Below, in pieces: positions 11,863 through 21,956 of a stretch of DNA of 64,000 bases (its first letter is position 1; each line of letters begins with the position of its first letter). The DNA lies in the NCBI GenBank assembly GCA_900617105.1, contig UYFQ01000260.1:248001-312000 (forward strand), given 5' to 3'. This stretch comes from Hydrurus foetidus (lineage: Eukaryota). The notes under the pieces are model-generated. The model worked only from the letters and a program-made list of their open reading frames with translations, had not been told where the DNA came from and did not search any database. Both the position numbers and the translations under genes were made by a program.

Positions 11863-12016
11863 CCTAAAACCCTTGGTGGAATTGGAGCTCTGGCTGACGG
11901 CCTCGTCAAGGACGACGCTCTCGCGTCGCCGCGAGGCGGCGGCCCCGCAGGGGCCGGCTGCCGGCGAGGGCGAGGAGGCCGACAGCCAGAGCAAGCTCGC
12001 CTCCAAGGGTTTTAGG
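11863..12016. repeat. 154-bp fold-back palindromic element (MITE/REP-like)
   Basis: CCTAAAACCCTTGG pairs with CCAAGGGTTTTAGG; inner GCTCTGGCTGACGGCCTC pairs with GAGGCCGACAGCCAGAGC. Confidence 0.8.
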
Positions 12017-12046
12017 GCGCGGCCTGGCCGCTGGGCGGCCGTTTTA

Positions 12047-12110
12047 GCAACCCTCTCTCTTTGAGAGAGGGAGGGGCCCGCCGCCGCAGGCGGTGGGAGG
12101 GTGAGAGGTT
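12047..12110 (+). repeat. Left arm of the inverted repeat flanking the DUF559 gene
   Basis: Reverse complement of 12516-12577 except one internal loop; internal hairpin CCCTCTCTC-TTT-GAGAGAGGG. Confidence 0.92.
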
Positions 12111-12447
12111 ACACCCTGTCCGAACGAAGCACCGCCAGGATGTCTTCCGACACGCCACCGGGATCGGCCAGCACCCGCGCGTTGGGAAATCGCAGAACGA
12201 TGTAACCGAACAATTCCAGCACCTGGTCCGTCGCTCGTCATGGTCCTCGGCCGTCATGGGCCGCGCCGTCCAGTTCCACGATCACCTTGGCTGCCTCGCA
12301 GACGAAGTCCGCGAAGTATCGATCAATCGCGACCTGCCGCAGAAACCTGAACCCGCCCAGCCGGCGATTGCGGACGAGGGTCCAAAGCGTCTTCTCGGCC
12401 AGGGTCTGGTTGCGGCGAAGACGACGGGCGTTGGCGGTCTTGTCCAT
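12109..12447 (-). CDS. DUF559 / Vsr-like PD-(D/E)xK endonuclease-domain protein, frameshifted
   Basis: ARRLRRNQTLAEKTLW, FRFLRQVAIDRYFADFVC, VELDGAAH, DERRT, GYIVLRFPN; TAA at 12109-12111. Confidence 0.88.
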
Positions 12448-12515
12448 GGCGAAACCATGGTCCGACCGCATGGGACTTTCAACGACAGGAATCGGGATTT
12501 TCCGGCCAGCGGTGA

Positions 12516-12577
12516 AACCTCTCACCCTCCCACCGCTTCGCGGCGGGCCCCTCCCTCTCTCAAAGAGAGAGGGTTGC
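12516..12577 (-). repeat. Right arm of the inverted repeat flanking the DUF559 gene
   Basis: Near-perfect inverted copy of 12047-12110. Confidence 0.92.
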
Positions 12578-12586
12578 AGGCAGGGC

Positions 12587-13195
12587 CTAAACCCGCCGCA
12601 CTCCCCACGATCGCCACCGGCGGGTTGATCATCTGGCCCTTCATGCTGGGGTTCTGCGGCACGCCGTCGGTCTTCGAGGCCAGGATCTTGCGCACCACGT
12701 CCATGCCCTTGACCACCGTGCCGAAGGCCGCGAAGCCCTGGTTGTCGCCGGGGGCGCCGGGCTTGGCGTCGAGATAGGCCATCGGGCTGGCGCAGATGAA
12801 GAAGTCGGCCGTGGCGCTGCCCGGCTCGTTGCGGGCCATCGAGATCGTGCCGGCCTTGTGCCGGATCCCCGTCGCGTGCTCTCGTGGGCGATGGGCGCGA
12901 AGCGGCGGGTGCGGATCGAGGGGCCGGCCTGGATCGAGCCGTTGGCCGGCGCGCCCCGGGCCCGCGAGGCGCGATAGAAGCTGCCGCCGTCGAACTTCTT
13001 CTTGTCGACATAGCGCAGGAAGTTGGCCGAGGTAATCGGCGCCTTCTTGTCTTCCAGTTCCACCACGATCACGCCCAGCGCGGTCTCGATCGCCACCCGG
13101 GGCTTGGCGCTCTGGGCTTGCGCCGACAGCGGGCTGACCAGCAACAGTCCGGCCCCGACCAGCAGGCTTCGGCGGGCGATCCAGGCGTCTTTCAT
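12587..13195 (-). CDS. Secreted cyclophilin-type peptidyl-prolyl isomerase, frameshifted
   Basis: RR signal peptide, KAPITSANFLRYV, GTISMAR, ADFFI, FAAFGTVVKGMDVV. Confidence 0.88.
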
Positions 13196-13346
13196 CGTCG
13201 TCCTCGGGCGGCAAACAGCGGTCTCACCCTTAGCGCGCCGCCGCCGGCCCATCCACTGGCGAAAAGTCCGCCGCCTTTCGCCGCATATCCCCCGCCGACA
13301 AGCGCTGCAGCAATGTTCGATTAACCTTGCGCGCCGACCTCCGGAC

Positions 13347-14518
13347 ATGTCGACCCAGACCACCCACGCCTTCGCCAGAACCGACCGCACGGCGATCGGC
13401 ATCTGGTGGTGGACGACCGATCGCTGGCTCCTTGGAGCCACGGCGATTTTGGTCACCCTGGGCGTGCTGCTGTCGTTCGCCTCCAGCCCGGCGGCGGCCC
13501 AGCGGATCGGCATCGACGACCAGTTCCATTTCGCCCTGCGGATGTGCGTCTTCGCCAGCCTCTCGGCGGTGATCCTGCTGACCACCTCGATGCTGTCGCC
13601 CAAGGGCGTGCGGCGCACGGCCTTCTTCATCTATGTGGCGGCCATCGCGGTGATGATCGCCCTGCCGTTCATCGGCCACAACGCCAAGGGCGCCACCCGC
13701 TGGGTGCAGTTCGCCGGCTTCACCCTGCAGCCGTCGGAGTTCATGAAGCCGGCCCTGATCGTGCTGGTCTCGTGGATGTTCGCCGAGGGTCAGAAGGGCG
13801 AGGGGGTGCCGGGCGTCTCGATCGCCTTCCTGCTGTATTTCATCGCCGTGGGCCTGCTGCTGATCCAGCCCGATGTGGGCCAGACCGTGCTGATCACCGT
13901 GGCCTTCGGGGCGGCGTTCTGGATGGCCGGGGTGCCGATCAGCTGGATCATGGGCCTGGGCGCCGTGGCGGTGGGCGGACTGTTCTCGACCTATTTCCTG
14001 TTCGACCACGTGCATGCCCGGGTGCAGAAGTTCCTCAGCCCCGACCAGGCCGACACCCACCAGATCACCCGCGCCGCCGAGGCCATCCACGCCGGCGGCC
14101 TGTTCGGGCGCGGCCCGGGCGGGGGGTCATGAAGCGCCATGTGCCCGACCTGCACACCGACTTCATCTATTCGGTCGCCGCCGAGGAATATGGCCTGGTG
14201 TTCTCGCTGTCGCTGATCGGCCTGTTCGCCTTCGTGGTGGTGCGCGGCATGATGAAGGCCATGAAGCTGAACGACACCTTCGAGCAGGTCGCCGCCGCCG
14301 GTTTGTTCGTGCTGGTGGGCCAGCAGGCGATGATCAATATCGCGGTGAACTTGAACATGATCCCGACCAAGGGCATGACGCTTCCGTTCATCAGCTACGG
14401 GGGATCGTCGATGCTGGCTATGGGACTGACTTTGGGCCTGGCCCTGGCCCTGCTGCGCAAGCGCCCCGGCGCCTATGGCCCGTCTGGCGAGTTTACCCAG
14501 GGCGGCGCGTTCAACTGA
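13347..14518 (+). CDS. ftsW: SEDS glycosyltransferase FtsW, frameshift near 14125
   Basis: GATRW, QPSEFMK, QPDVG, PDLHTDFI, LPFISYGGSS. Confidence 0.95.
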
Positions 14519-14519
14519 C

Positions 14520-15624
14520 ATGAGCAAGCTTGTTGTCGTCGCCGCCGGGGGTACCGGCGGTCACATGTTCCCCGCCCAGGCCCTGGCCGAAACCCTCGGG
14601 GCCCGCGGCTGGCGCGTGGTGCTGGCCACCGATGATCGCGGCGCGATCTATGCCGACAAGTTCCCGGCCGAAGAGCGTCTGGCCCTGTCGGCCGCCACCG
14701 CCAAGGCCGGCGACCCGATCGGCATGCTCAAGGCCGGCTTCGTCGTCGCCCAGGGCGTGCTGCAGGCGAGCCGCCTTCAAGCGCCTGGACCCGGCCGTGG
14801 TGGTGGGTTTCGGCGGCTATCCCGCGCTTCCCGCCCTGCTCGGCGCCCTGTCCCAGGGCCGGCCCACGGTGATCCACGAGCAGAACGCGGTGCTGGGCCG
14901 GGTCAACCGCTTCCTGGCCCCCCGGGTCACCGAAGTGGCCTGCGCCTTCCCGATCCTGGAAAAGGCCGCGCCCGCCGTGAAGGCCCGCGCCCACGTCGTC
15001 GGCAACCCCGTGCGTCCGCCGGTGCGCGCCCTGTTCGACGTGCCCTATCTGCCGCCGGAAGTGCAGCTGCGCATCCTGGTCACCGGCGGCAGCCAGGGCG
15101 CCCGCCTGCTGTCGGAACTGATCCCCGAAGCCATCGCCAAGCTGCCCGAAGAGATGCGCGGCCGCCTGAAGGTCTTCCAGCAGGCCCGCGCCGAGAGCCT
15201 GGAACACGCCCGCAAGGTCTATCGCAACGCCATGGTCGACTGCGAGGTCGCGCCGTTCTTCCGCGACATGGCCGGCTATCTGCGCCAGTCGCACCTGGTG
15301 ATCGGCCGCTCGGGCGCCTCGACCTGCACCGAATTGGCTGTCGCCGGCCGGCCCTCGATCCTTGTCCCCCTGAAGATCGCCGCCGATGACCACCAGCGCT
15401 TCAACGCCCGCCTGCTGGAAGAAGCCGGCGGCGCCGCCGTGTGCTTCGAGGACGAGCTGACCGTCGACGCCATGGCCGGCGCCCTTAACGCCCTGCTCAA
15501 GAACCCCGAGCGCCTGGCGCGGATGTCGGACGGCGCGCGGTCAGTGGCCAAGCCCAACGCGGCCGAGGAACTGGCGGATCTGGTGGAGCGGACGGCGGGC
15601 CAGGTCCGAATCCCCTCGCGCTAG
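14520..15624 (+). CDS. murG: Lipid I N-acetylglucosaminyl transferase, frameshift near 14770
   Basis: GGTGGHMFP, GFGGY, HEQN, GNPVR, GGSQGA, RSGAST. Confidence 0.95.
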
Positions 15625-15887
15625 AGGGCGGACCCGATCCTGGCCGGGCGAGCGGGCTCCGGGACGCTTCCGGCCAGATCCTTTGACCTTTCATGCGACC
15701 CCGGCCCTTGCTGGTGTCAGGTTTTCCAGCATGGCGCGAGCGGTTGGGCGGAGATCGCGCGAACCGTCACGGCATGCCCGTCACCGCAGCTCCAAAATCA
15801 CGCCGGAATGCCCAGGCCCTGAAATCCCGCGTGCTTCCGATACGGTTCTGGGTCTAGTCTTCAAAAAAAATGCGCGGGGGAACAATC

Positions 15888-17783
15888 ATGAAGAAGGCCA
15901 TAGGCGCTCTTGTCGTCGTCGGAGCCTGTGTCGTCGGCTTGGCGGCCTGCGACAAGGTCGGTTCAAAAACGGGGGCGGGCGCCAAGACGGCGGTCGTCGA
16001 CACCGAATATCCCGAACGGGTCTATTGGGGCGACACCCACCTGCACACCAGCAATTCGGTCGACGCGTTCGGCTTTGGCGTGCGTCTGGGCTCGGAGGAG
16101 GCGCTGCGGTTCGCGCGCGGCGAAGAGGTGACCTCGACCGGCGGCCTGAAGGCCAAGCTGGCCCGGCCGCTGGACTTTCTGGTCATCGCCGACCATTCCG
16201 ATGGCCTGGGCTTCACCCGCAGGATCTATGAAACGCCGGCCTTCCTGCTGCGCAACCCGCTGTTTCGCCGCTGGCATGACCTGATGCATGAGGGCCCCGA
16301 GGGCTCGATGAAGGCGACGGGCGAGCTGATCGACGCCGCCGCCAGCGGCTCGCTGCCGCCGTCCATCACCGATCCGAAGCGCTCGGCCAAGGCGACCCGC
16401 TCGATCTGGAACGACCACGTATCGATCGTCGAGCGCTACAACGACCCGGGCAAGTTCAGCGCCTTCATGGGTTTCGAATACACCCTGATGCCCAAGGGCG
16501 ACAATCTGCACCGCGTGGTGATGTTCCGCGATGGCAAGGCCGAGGCCTCCAAGGTGGTGCCCTATTCGTCCCTGGTCGGCACCTCGGCCGAGATGCTGTG
16601 GGACTATATGGACGGCTACGAGAAGACCACCGGCGGCAAGGCCCTGGCCATTCCGCACAATTCCAATGTCTCCAACGGCCTGATGTTCGAGCTGACCGGT
16701 CCGGACGGCGGCCCGATGTCGGCTGACTATGCCCGCCGCCGCGCGTCGCGTGAGCCGCTGGTCGAGGCGACCCAGATCAAGGGCGACAGCGAGTCTCACC
16801 CCTTCCTGTCGCCGAACGACGAGTTCGCCAGCTTCGGCGACGCGGGCTGGGATCTGGGCAACCTGCCCATGTCGTCCAAGAAGACCCCCGACATGTTCGC
16901 CGGCGAATATGTCCGCGAGGCCCTCAAGCGCGGCCTGGCGATCCAGGACAAGACCGGGGTCAATCCCTACAAGATGGGCATGATCGGCTCGACCGACTCC
17001 CACACCGCCCTGGCGACGGCCGACGAGGACAACTTCTTCGGCAAGCACTCCGGGGTCGAGCCGCGCGCCGGCCGGGCGATGGAGCCGCAGAACCTGGGCA
17101 CGCGCGAGGGGCGCAGCGGCTATCACTATCTGGCCGGCGGCTATGCCGCCGTCTGGGCCAAGGCCAATACCCGCGCGGCGATCTTCGATGCGATGATGCG
17201 GCGCGAGGTCTATGCCTCGACCGGTCCGCGCATGCAGGTGCGGGTGTTCGGCGGCTGGGACTTCACCGCCAACGACCTGAAGACCAACTGGGTCAAGGCC
17301 GGCTATGCCCGCGGCGTGCCGATGGGCGGCGATCTCAAGGCCGGGGCCGGCAAGGCGCCGGTGTTCATCGTCTCGGCCCTCAAGGACCCGATCGGGGCCA
17401 ATCTGGATCGCGTCCAGATGATCAAGGGCTGGGTCGACAAGGCCGGCGTCACCCACGAGCAGATCTATGACGTGGTCTGGAGCGACCCGGCCCGCCGGGC
17501 GATGACGGGCGGCAAGGTCCCTCCGGTCGGCGACACTGTCGATCTGGCCACAGCCACCTATGCCAACACCATCGGCGCGCCGGAGCTGACCACGGTGTGG
17601 ACCGACCCCGATTTCGACCCGACCCTGAAGGCCTTCTACTATGTGCGGGTGATGGAGATCCCGACCCCGCGCTGGGTGGCCTATGACGCCGTGCGCTACA
17701 AGGTGAAGATGGGCCCGGAGGTGCGGATGAAGGACCAGGAGCGGGCCTATACCTCGCCGATCTGGTACACGCCCAAGGCCTGA
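15888..17783 (+). CDS. DUF3604 / PHP-like metallohydrolase lipoprotein
   Basis: Lipobox LAAC, YWGDTHLHTSNSVDA, LDFLVIADH, IPHNSN, GSTDSH, QERAYTSPIWY. Confidence 0.85.
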   Translation: MKKAIGALVVVGACVVGLAACDKVGSKTGAGAKTAVVDTEYPERVYWGDTHLHTSNSVDAFGFGVRLGSEEALRFARGEEVTSTGGLKAKLARPLDFLVIADHSDGLGFTRRIYETPAFLLRNPLFRRWHDLMHEGPEGSMKATGELIDAAASGSLPPSITDPKRSAKATRSIWNDHVSIVERYNDPGKFSAFMGFEYTLMPKGDNLHRVVMFRDGKAEASKVVPYSSLVGTSAEMLWDYMDGYEKTTGGKALAIPHNSNVSNGLMFELTGPDGGPMSADYARRRASREPLVEATQIKGDSESHPFLSPNDEFASFGDAGWDLGNLPMSSKKTPDMFAGEYVREALKRGLAIQDKTGVNPYKMGMIGSTDSHTALATADEDNFFGKHSGVEPRAGRAMEPQNLGTREGRSGYHYLAGGYAAVWAKANTRAAIFDAMMRREVYASTGPRMQVRVFGGWDFTANDLKTNWVKAGYARGVPMGGDLKAGAGKAPVFIVSALKDPIGANLDRVQMIKGWVDKAGVTHEQIYDVVWSDPARRAMTGGKVPPVGDTVDLATATYANTIGAPELTTVWTDPDFDPTLKAFYYVRVMEIPTPRWVAYDAVRYKVKMGPEVRMKDQERAYTSPIWYTPKA

Positions 17784-17786
17784 CGG

Positions 17787-18632
17787 ATGACGCTACGCGA
17801 ACGCCTGGTCCAGGGTCTGCGCGAGCCCCTGGTCCAGTTCCTGCTGGCCGGGGCCGTGATCTTCATCGTCTTCGCCCTGGCCGGCGGCGGTCCCGATCCG
17901 GGCGAGCGCCGCATCGCGGTCGACGAGGCGCGGGTCCAGCGCATCGTCACCCTGTGGATGCAGACCTGGCATCGCCCGCCGACCCCGGCCGAGCTGGACG
18001 GGCTGATCGGCGAGTATGTGCAGGAGGAGGTCTATTATCGCGAGGCCCTCCGCCTGGGTCTCGATCGCGATGACCCGGTGATCCGGCGACGGCTGCGCTC
18101 GAAGATGGAGTTCCTGGCCGCCGACCAGCTGGAAAGCGTCTCCCCGGGCGATGACGTCCTGAAGGCCTGGATGCAGGCCCATCCGGCGCTCTACGTCCCG
18201 GATGCCAAGCTCAGCTTCCAGCAGATCTATGTCGGCTCGGCCACCGACCGCGACGCCGCCGAGGCCCGGGCCGCGACGATCCTCAGCCGCCTGGCGGCCG
18301 GGGCGTCGCCGGCCCAGCTCAGGCAACCCCTGTCGCTGCCGACCGCCCTGTCCGGGGCCTCCCGTTCCGAGGTCGACAGACAGTTTGGCGAGGCCTTCTC
18401 CGAGGGGCTGTTGCGCGCGCCGACCGGCCGCTGGACGGGGCCGGTCGCGTCCGGCTTTGGCCTGCACGTGGTCAAGGTCACCGCCGTAAAGCTGGGGCCG
18501 CCGCCCGCGCTGGATCAGGTGCGACAGGCGGTCGAGAACGACTGGCGCGCCGCCACCCGCGCCGAGCGGGAGGCCAGGGCCTATCAGGACCTGCTCAAGG
18601 GCTATGACGTCGTCATTGCGCGGCCCGAATGA
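17787..18632 (+). CDS. Parvulin/PpiC-type (Rotamase_2) membrane-anchored protein
   Basis: REPLVQFLLAG, EEVYYREALRLGLDRDD, GPVASGFGLH. Confidence 0.82.
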   Translation: MTLRERLVQGLREPLVQFLLAGAVIFIVFALAGGGPDPGERRIAVDEARVQRIVTLWMQTWHRPPTPAELDGLIGEYVQEEVYYREALRLGLDRDDPVIRRRLRSKMEFLAADQLESVSPGDDVLKAWMQAHPALYVPDAKLSFQQIYVGSATDRDAAEARAATILSRLAAGASPAQLRQPLSLPTALSGASRSEVDRQFGEAFSEGLLRAPTGRWTGPVASGFGLHVVKVTAVKLGPPPALDQVRQAVENDWRAATRAEREARAYQDLLKGYDVVIARPE

Positions 18633-19615
18633 CCTTTCTGCGTCTGGTTGCCCTGGTTCTGGCCTGGCTGACGCTCGCCGGCGTCGCCCGGGCTGACGAT
18701 CTGCGGCCCGGCTATCTGGAGCTGACCCAGACCTCGCCTTCGGCCTGGAAAATGGTCTGGAAGGCGCCGATCCGCGGCGGTCTGGCGACCCACGCCGCGC
18801 CCAGCCTGCCGGCGCAATGCCGGTCGCAGCCGCCCTCGCGCGACCTGATCGCCGGGGCGCTGGTCGAGGTGGCAAGCTTCGACTGTCCCCGGGGGCTGGA
18901 AGGCCAGACCGTCGGCCTGACCGGGCTGGACGCGACCTTCACCGACGCCCTGGTGCGGATTGCGCCGCTGGGGCGTCCTGTTCAGGTCGGCCGCCTCACG
19001 GCCGACCGGCCGCTGATGGAGGTGCGCGCGGCGCCCGACCGCTTGCAGGTGGCCCGGACCTATCTGGTGCTCGGCGTCGAACACATCCTGGCCGGCTATG
19101 ATCACCTGCTGTTCGTCCTGAGCCTGGTGCTGCTGCTGCGCGGCGGCATGCGGATCGCCAAGACCGTGACAGCCTTCACGCTCGCCCATTCCCTGACCCT
19201 GGTCGCCACCTCCCTGAACCTGATCAGCCTGCCGCGCCAGCCGGTGGAGATCTGTATCGCCCTATCGATCGTGTTCCTGGCCGTCGAGATCGTGAAGTCA
19301 CGGCCCGAGGGGCCGCCGCGCCTGTCGGAACGGGCCCCCTGGCTGGTGGCCTTCGCCTTTGGGCTGCTGCACGGGTTCGGGTTCGCCGGGGCCCTGGCCG
19401 AGATCGGCATGCCCGAGCGCGAGGTCCCCACCGCCCTGCTGACCTTCAATATCGGCGTCGAGATCGGCCAGCTGATCATCGTCGGGGCCGGACTGCTGGT
19501 GCTGGAGCTGATCCGCCGCTTCGCCCCGCAACACCGCCGCCTGTTTCAGCGCTGCGCCGCCTACGGCATCGGCGTCACGGCCGCCTACTGGTGCATTGTC
19601 CGCATTCTGGGCTGA
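18629..19615 (+). CDS. HupE/UreJ-family membrane protein
   Basis: LGVEHILAGYDHLLF, FTLAHSLTL, FGLLHGFGFA. Confidence 0.88.
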   Translation: MTFLRLVALVLAWLTLAGVARADDLRPGYLELTQTSPSAWKMVWKAPIRGGLATHAAPSLPAQCRSQPPSRDLIAGALVEVASFDCPRGLEGQTVGLTGLDATFTDALVRIAPLGRPVQVGRLTADRPLMEVRAAPDRLQVARTYLVLGVEHILAGYDHLLFVLSLVLLLRGGMRIAKTVTAFTLAHSLTLVATSLNLISLPRQPVEICIALSIVFLAVEIVKSRPEGPPRLSERAPWLVAFAFGLLHGFGFAGALAEIGMPEREVPTALLTFNIGVEIGQLIIVGAGLLVLELIRRFAPQHRRLFQRCAAYGIGVTAAYWCIVRILG

Positions 19616-19620
19616 CACCG

Positions 19621-20247
19621 CTAGGGGGCGACGGGGATCATCACCTCGTTGCGGCGCATGAACCACGGGGTCCAGGGCGGATTGTACTGGGCCAGCGACG
19701 CGGGCCCGGTCGCCCGCAGCTGGCGGGCAGACAGGCGTTTCTGCAGGTCAGCGGTCTTGGCCTCGACCGTGTCCGCTCCGGCCAGGCCCGAGAAGCGCAG
19801 CACCGCCAGGCGGGAGGGCGGAACGAGGCGAAGCTTCACCTGGGGGTCGTTCGGCTCAGGCAGGGCTTCGAGGCTGTAGCGGCTGGGCATGGTGAACCTC
19901 ACGACCCATTGTCCAGCGCTTTGGGTCTGGATGACCGGCGCCGTCATGGCGATGGTCTGGCCGGCCGGCGCCTGGGCGACCGGCGCGGTCATGGCGATGC
20001 TCTGGCGCGTCCTGTTGCCGCCGAAGATATAGCCGGCCAGCAATCGAAAGCCGCGACTGGCCGCTTCTTTCTGATCGCCGCTGACGGTCACTTCGGCGAC
20101 CACCAGGGCCGGATAGTCGCGAACGTCAAAATCGCCCTCGTGGACGACGACCTTAAAGGCAGGTTCTTCAACGGCCATGGCCACGGTTCCCAGAAAGACT
20201 GCCGCAAGCACTGCGGTCATGGCCATGCGTTTCAGGATCTTGCTCAT
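19621..20247 (-). CDS. SOUL-family heme-binding protein
   Basis: GFRLLAGYIFGGN, IAMTAPV twice, YNPPWTPWFMRRNEV. Confidence 0.92.
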   Translation of the reverse strand: MSKILKRMAMTAVLAAVFLGTVAMAVEEPAFKVVVHEGDFDVRDYPALVVAEVTVSGDQKEAASRGFRLLAGYIFGGNRTRQSIAMTAPVAQAPAGQTIAMTAPVIQTQSAGQWVVRFTMPSRYSLEALPEPNDPQVKLRLVPPSRLAVLRFSGLAGADTVEAKTADLQKRLSARQLRATGPASLAQYNPPWTPWFMRRNEVMIPVAP

Positions 20248-20491
20248 GCCTTTTCCCCCGCCGGGCGCCCGGCGACCACACTAACACCGGACTGAACGGC
20301 CCGGGCCTGACTTCGTTGCGCGGGCAAGGTCGGCCTCGCCGGCTGATTGGCGTCAGCCGGGCGGCGCCTCTGAGAGGGGCGAGAACAGCACGGCCAACTG
20401 TATCGGTTTGGCGACCGTGGCGCTCGCGCACTCAAGAGTTGCCACTTCGTTCTCATCCCGCTAGGCTTGTGTTACGGGATGGGAGCAGGGC

Positions 20492-20815
20492 GATGCGGCC
20501 GCCGTTTACCTATGTGAGATGGCTGCACCGGCCCCGGGTGATCGGGCCCCGGTTCATCCCCTATCTGGACGCGGCTGGCGACCGCTGCGAGGCTTCCGTC
20601 CGCATCCGATGGGCGCGCGCGAGTTCTGGACCTTCGCGCATGTTGAAGGCTTCGAGCACGTCGAACCCGATGACGACCTGTTGGGCCGGTTCTGGGTCGA
20701 GATCGACGGCCACCGCTGGGCCAAGACGTTTCGGGGCAGCGACGACATCCACCTTCTGCGGCTCTGTATGTGGTTCGCCGGCGACTGGCTGATCCGCACC
20801 GCAGAGGAGGCCTGA
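20492..20815 (+). CDS. Small hypothetical protein, probably frameshifted
   Basis: Protein-like C-terminal frame (WTFAHVEGF..WLIRTAEEA) and an N-terminal piece MRPPFTYVRWL in another frame. Confidence 0.4.
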   Translation, partial: DAAAVYLCEMAAPAPGDRAPVHPLSGRGWRPLRGFRPHPMGAREFWTFAHVEGFEHVEPDDDLLGRFWVEIDGHRWAKTFRGSDDIHLLRLCMWFAGDWLIRTAEEA

Positions 20816-20876
20816 CCCTGCTGCCAGGCAGCGAGACGCCGGTGACCACATGGCCCCAGCTGTTCGCGGCGCGCCC

Positions 20877-21222
20877 ATGACGGCGGTGGCCCCGGATCTG
20901 GTGCTGGGACCGCGCGCGATCTCCTTTTGCCGGGTCGCGCGCGCCGGCGCCGCCGCCGCCAATGACGATGATTATGAAGCGGGCTCGGTCCTGATGACCC
21001 TGCGGTCTCTGGCGGCTGACCAGGTCATTGGCTGGCCGACTCGACCTCGACGGCCAGACCGCCCGCCTCGAAACGCGCGGCGCCGACGAGCTTCAGGTCA
21101 CCTATGAGCTGATCCAGCTGTCGGGCGCCTGGCTGATCGAGACCGCCAGGGTGCGGGGCCTGGTGCTGTTCGCGTGGGGGCAAACGCCGGTCGTGGCGCC
21201 GATGGATGTGTTTGTGCTGTGA
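20877..21222 (+). CDS. Small hypothetical protein, probably frameshifted
   Basis: MTAVAPDLVLG..DQVIGW continues plausibly into GRLDLDG..PMDVFVL after a shift near 21035. Confidence 0.4.
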
Positions 21223-21332
21223 GGTCGGGGCTTGCCGTGGTGGGAGAGCGGGCGAAGGGCCGTGTGATGGTGACCTGATGACGCCGGCGCCCACATCGTC
21301 GGAAGGTGGCCTCGCGTTCAGACCCGATGATC

Positions 21333-21450
21333 CCCGTCATCCCGGGACTTGTTCCCGGGACCCATTTGTCCCGCGGTACGGGCGATGAAGGGGTGTTCGA
21401 CGGCGGGCGGCTGAACCATGGGTCCCGGGAACAAGTCCCGGGATGACGGG
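21333..21450. repeat. CGTC-type REP inverted dimer
   Basis: Perfect 33-bp inverted repeat 21333-21365 / 21418-21450; each arm is itself a hairpin (TCCCGGGA-cttgt-TCCCGGGA) headed by CGTC. Confidence 0.9.
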
Positions 21451-21614
21451 CAGGGGGCTCTTCAGCAGTTCTCCATCGTTCTGCCGAGCTCTATCCCCGC
21501 GCTCCAACGGGGATAAGGGCCTTTCCGCCCCAACAACTTCAACGCCCTAACCCCGCGACCCAGCGTCACGATCCAAAATCGACGCAGCCCCCTCCAAAAC
21601 GCCCGCATACTTCT

Positions 21615-21956
21615 CCTCGCTTCATCGCAAGGGGAGGGCGTCCAGCTGGCGACCTGACGGGGGGTGGGGGCGGTTGTGCGGGTGCGAAGGCGGGTGTCGT
21701 AAACCCGCCTATCGGAGGAAGGCCAAGCCTCCGCCCGTCCGAAGGTTCGCTCCGGGTTCCTCCGGAATCGGCGTGGCTGCAGCCCAAGGCTGGGTCCGTC
21801 GCGAGGGGGATGAAATCCGGGTGGGGCATAAGGCTGAACAGGCCTGCGCGCCCCGGCCAGAGGGATAACGACCGCGCGGAGCGCTCCGGCCACGGCCGAA
21901 ACGGTACTCCACTAAACCCTCATCCGGGCCTGGCCCGGACGCTCCGCCGCCTCCCC
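21615..21956 (+). ncRNA. Candidate large structured ncRNA, copy 1 (family not recognised)
   Basis: Homologous to 49205-49611; closing stems, many hairpins, CATACT -10-like box at 21606-21611. Confidence 0.65.

Noticed and set aside
19935..20000. Short internal duplication encoding IAMTAPV twice
   Set aside because: Ordinary feature of bacterial SOUL proteins, not a DNA-level repeat element.
20339..20360. Hairpin CCGGCTGA-ttggcg-TCAGCCGG upstream of the SOUL gene
   Set aside because: A single 8-bp GC-rich stem with no T tail or second copy; not enough to assign a function.
21615..21956. Group II intron, tmRNA, second RNase P RNA or cobalamin/SAM riboswitch identity for the duplicated element
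   Set aside because: By eye there is no domain V (GAGCCG..CGGTTC), tRNA-like T arm with CCA, GAGGAAAGTCC motif or riboswitch box. This needs confirmation by cmscan.
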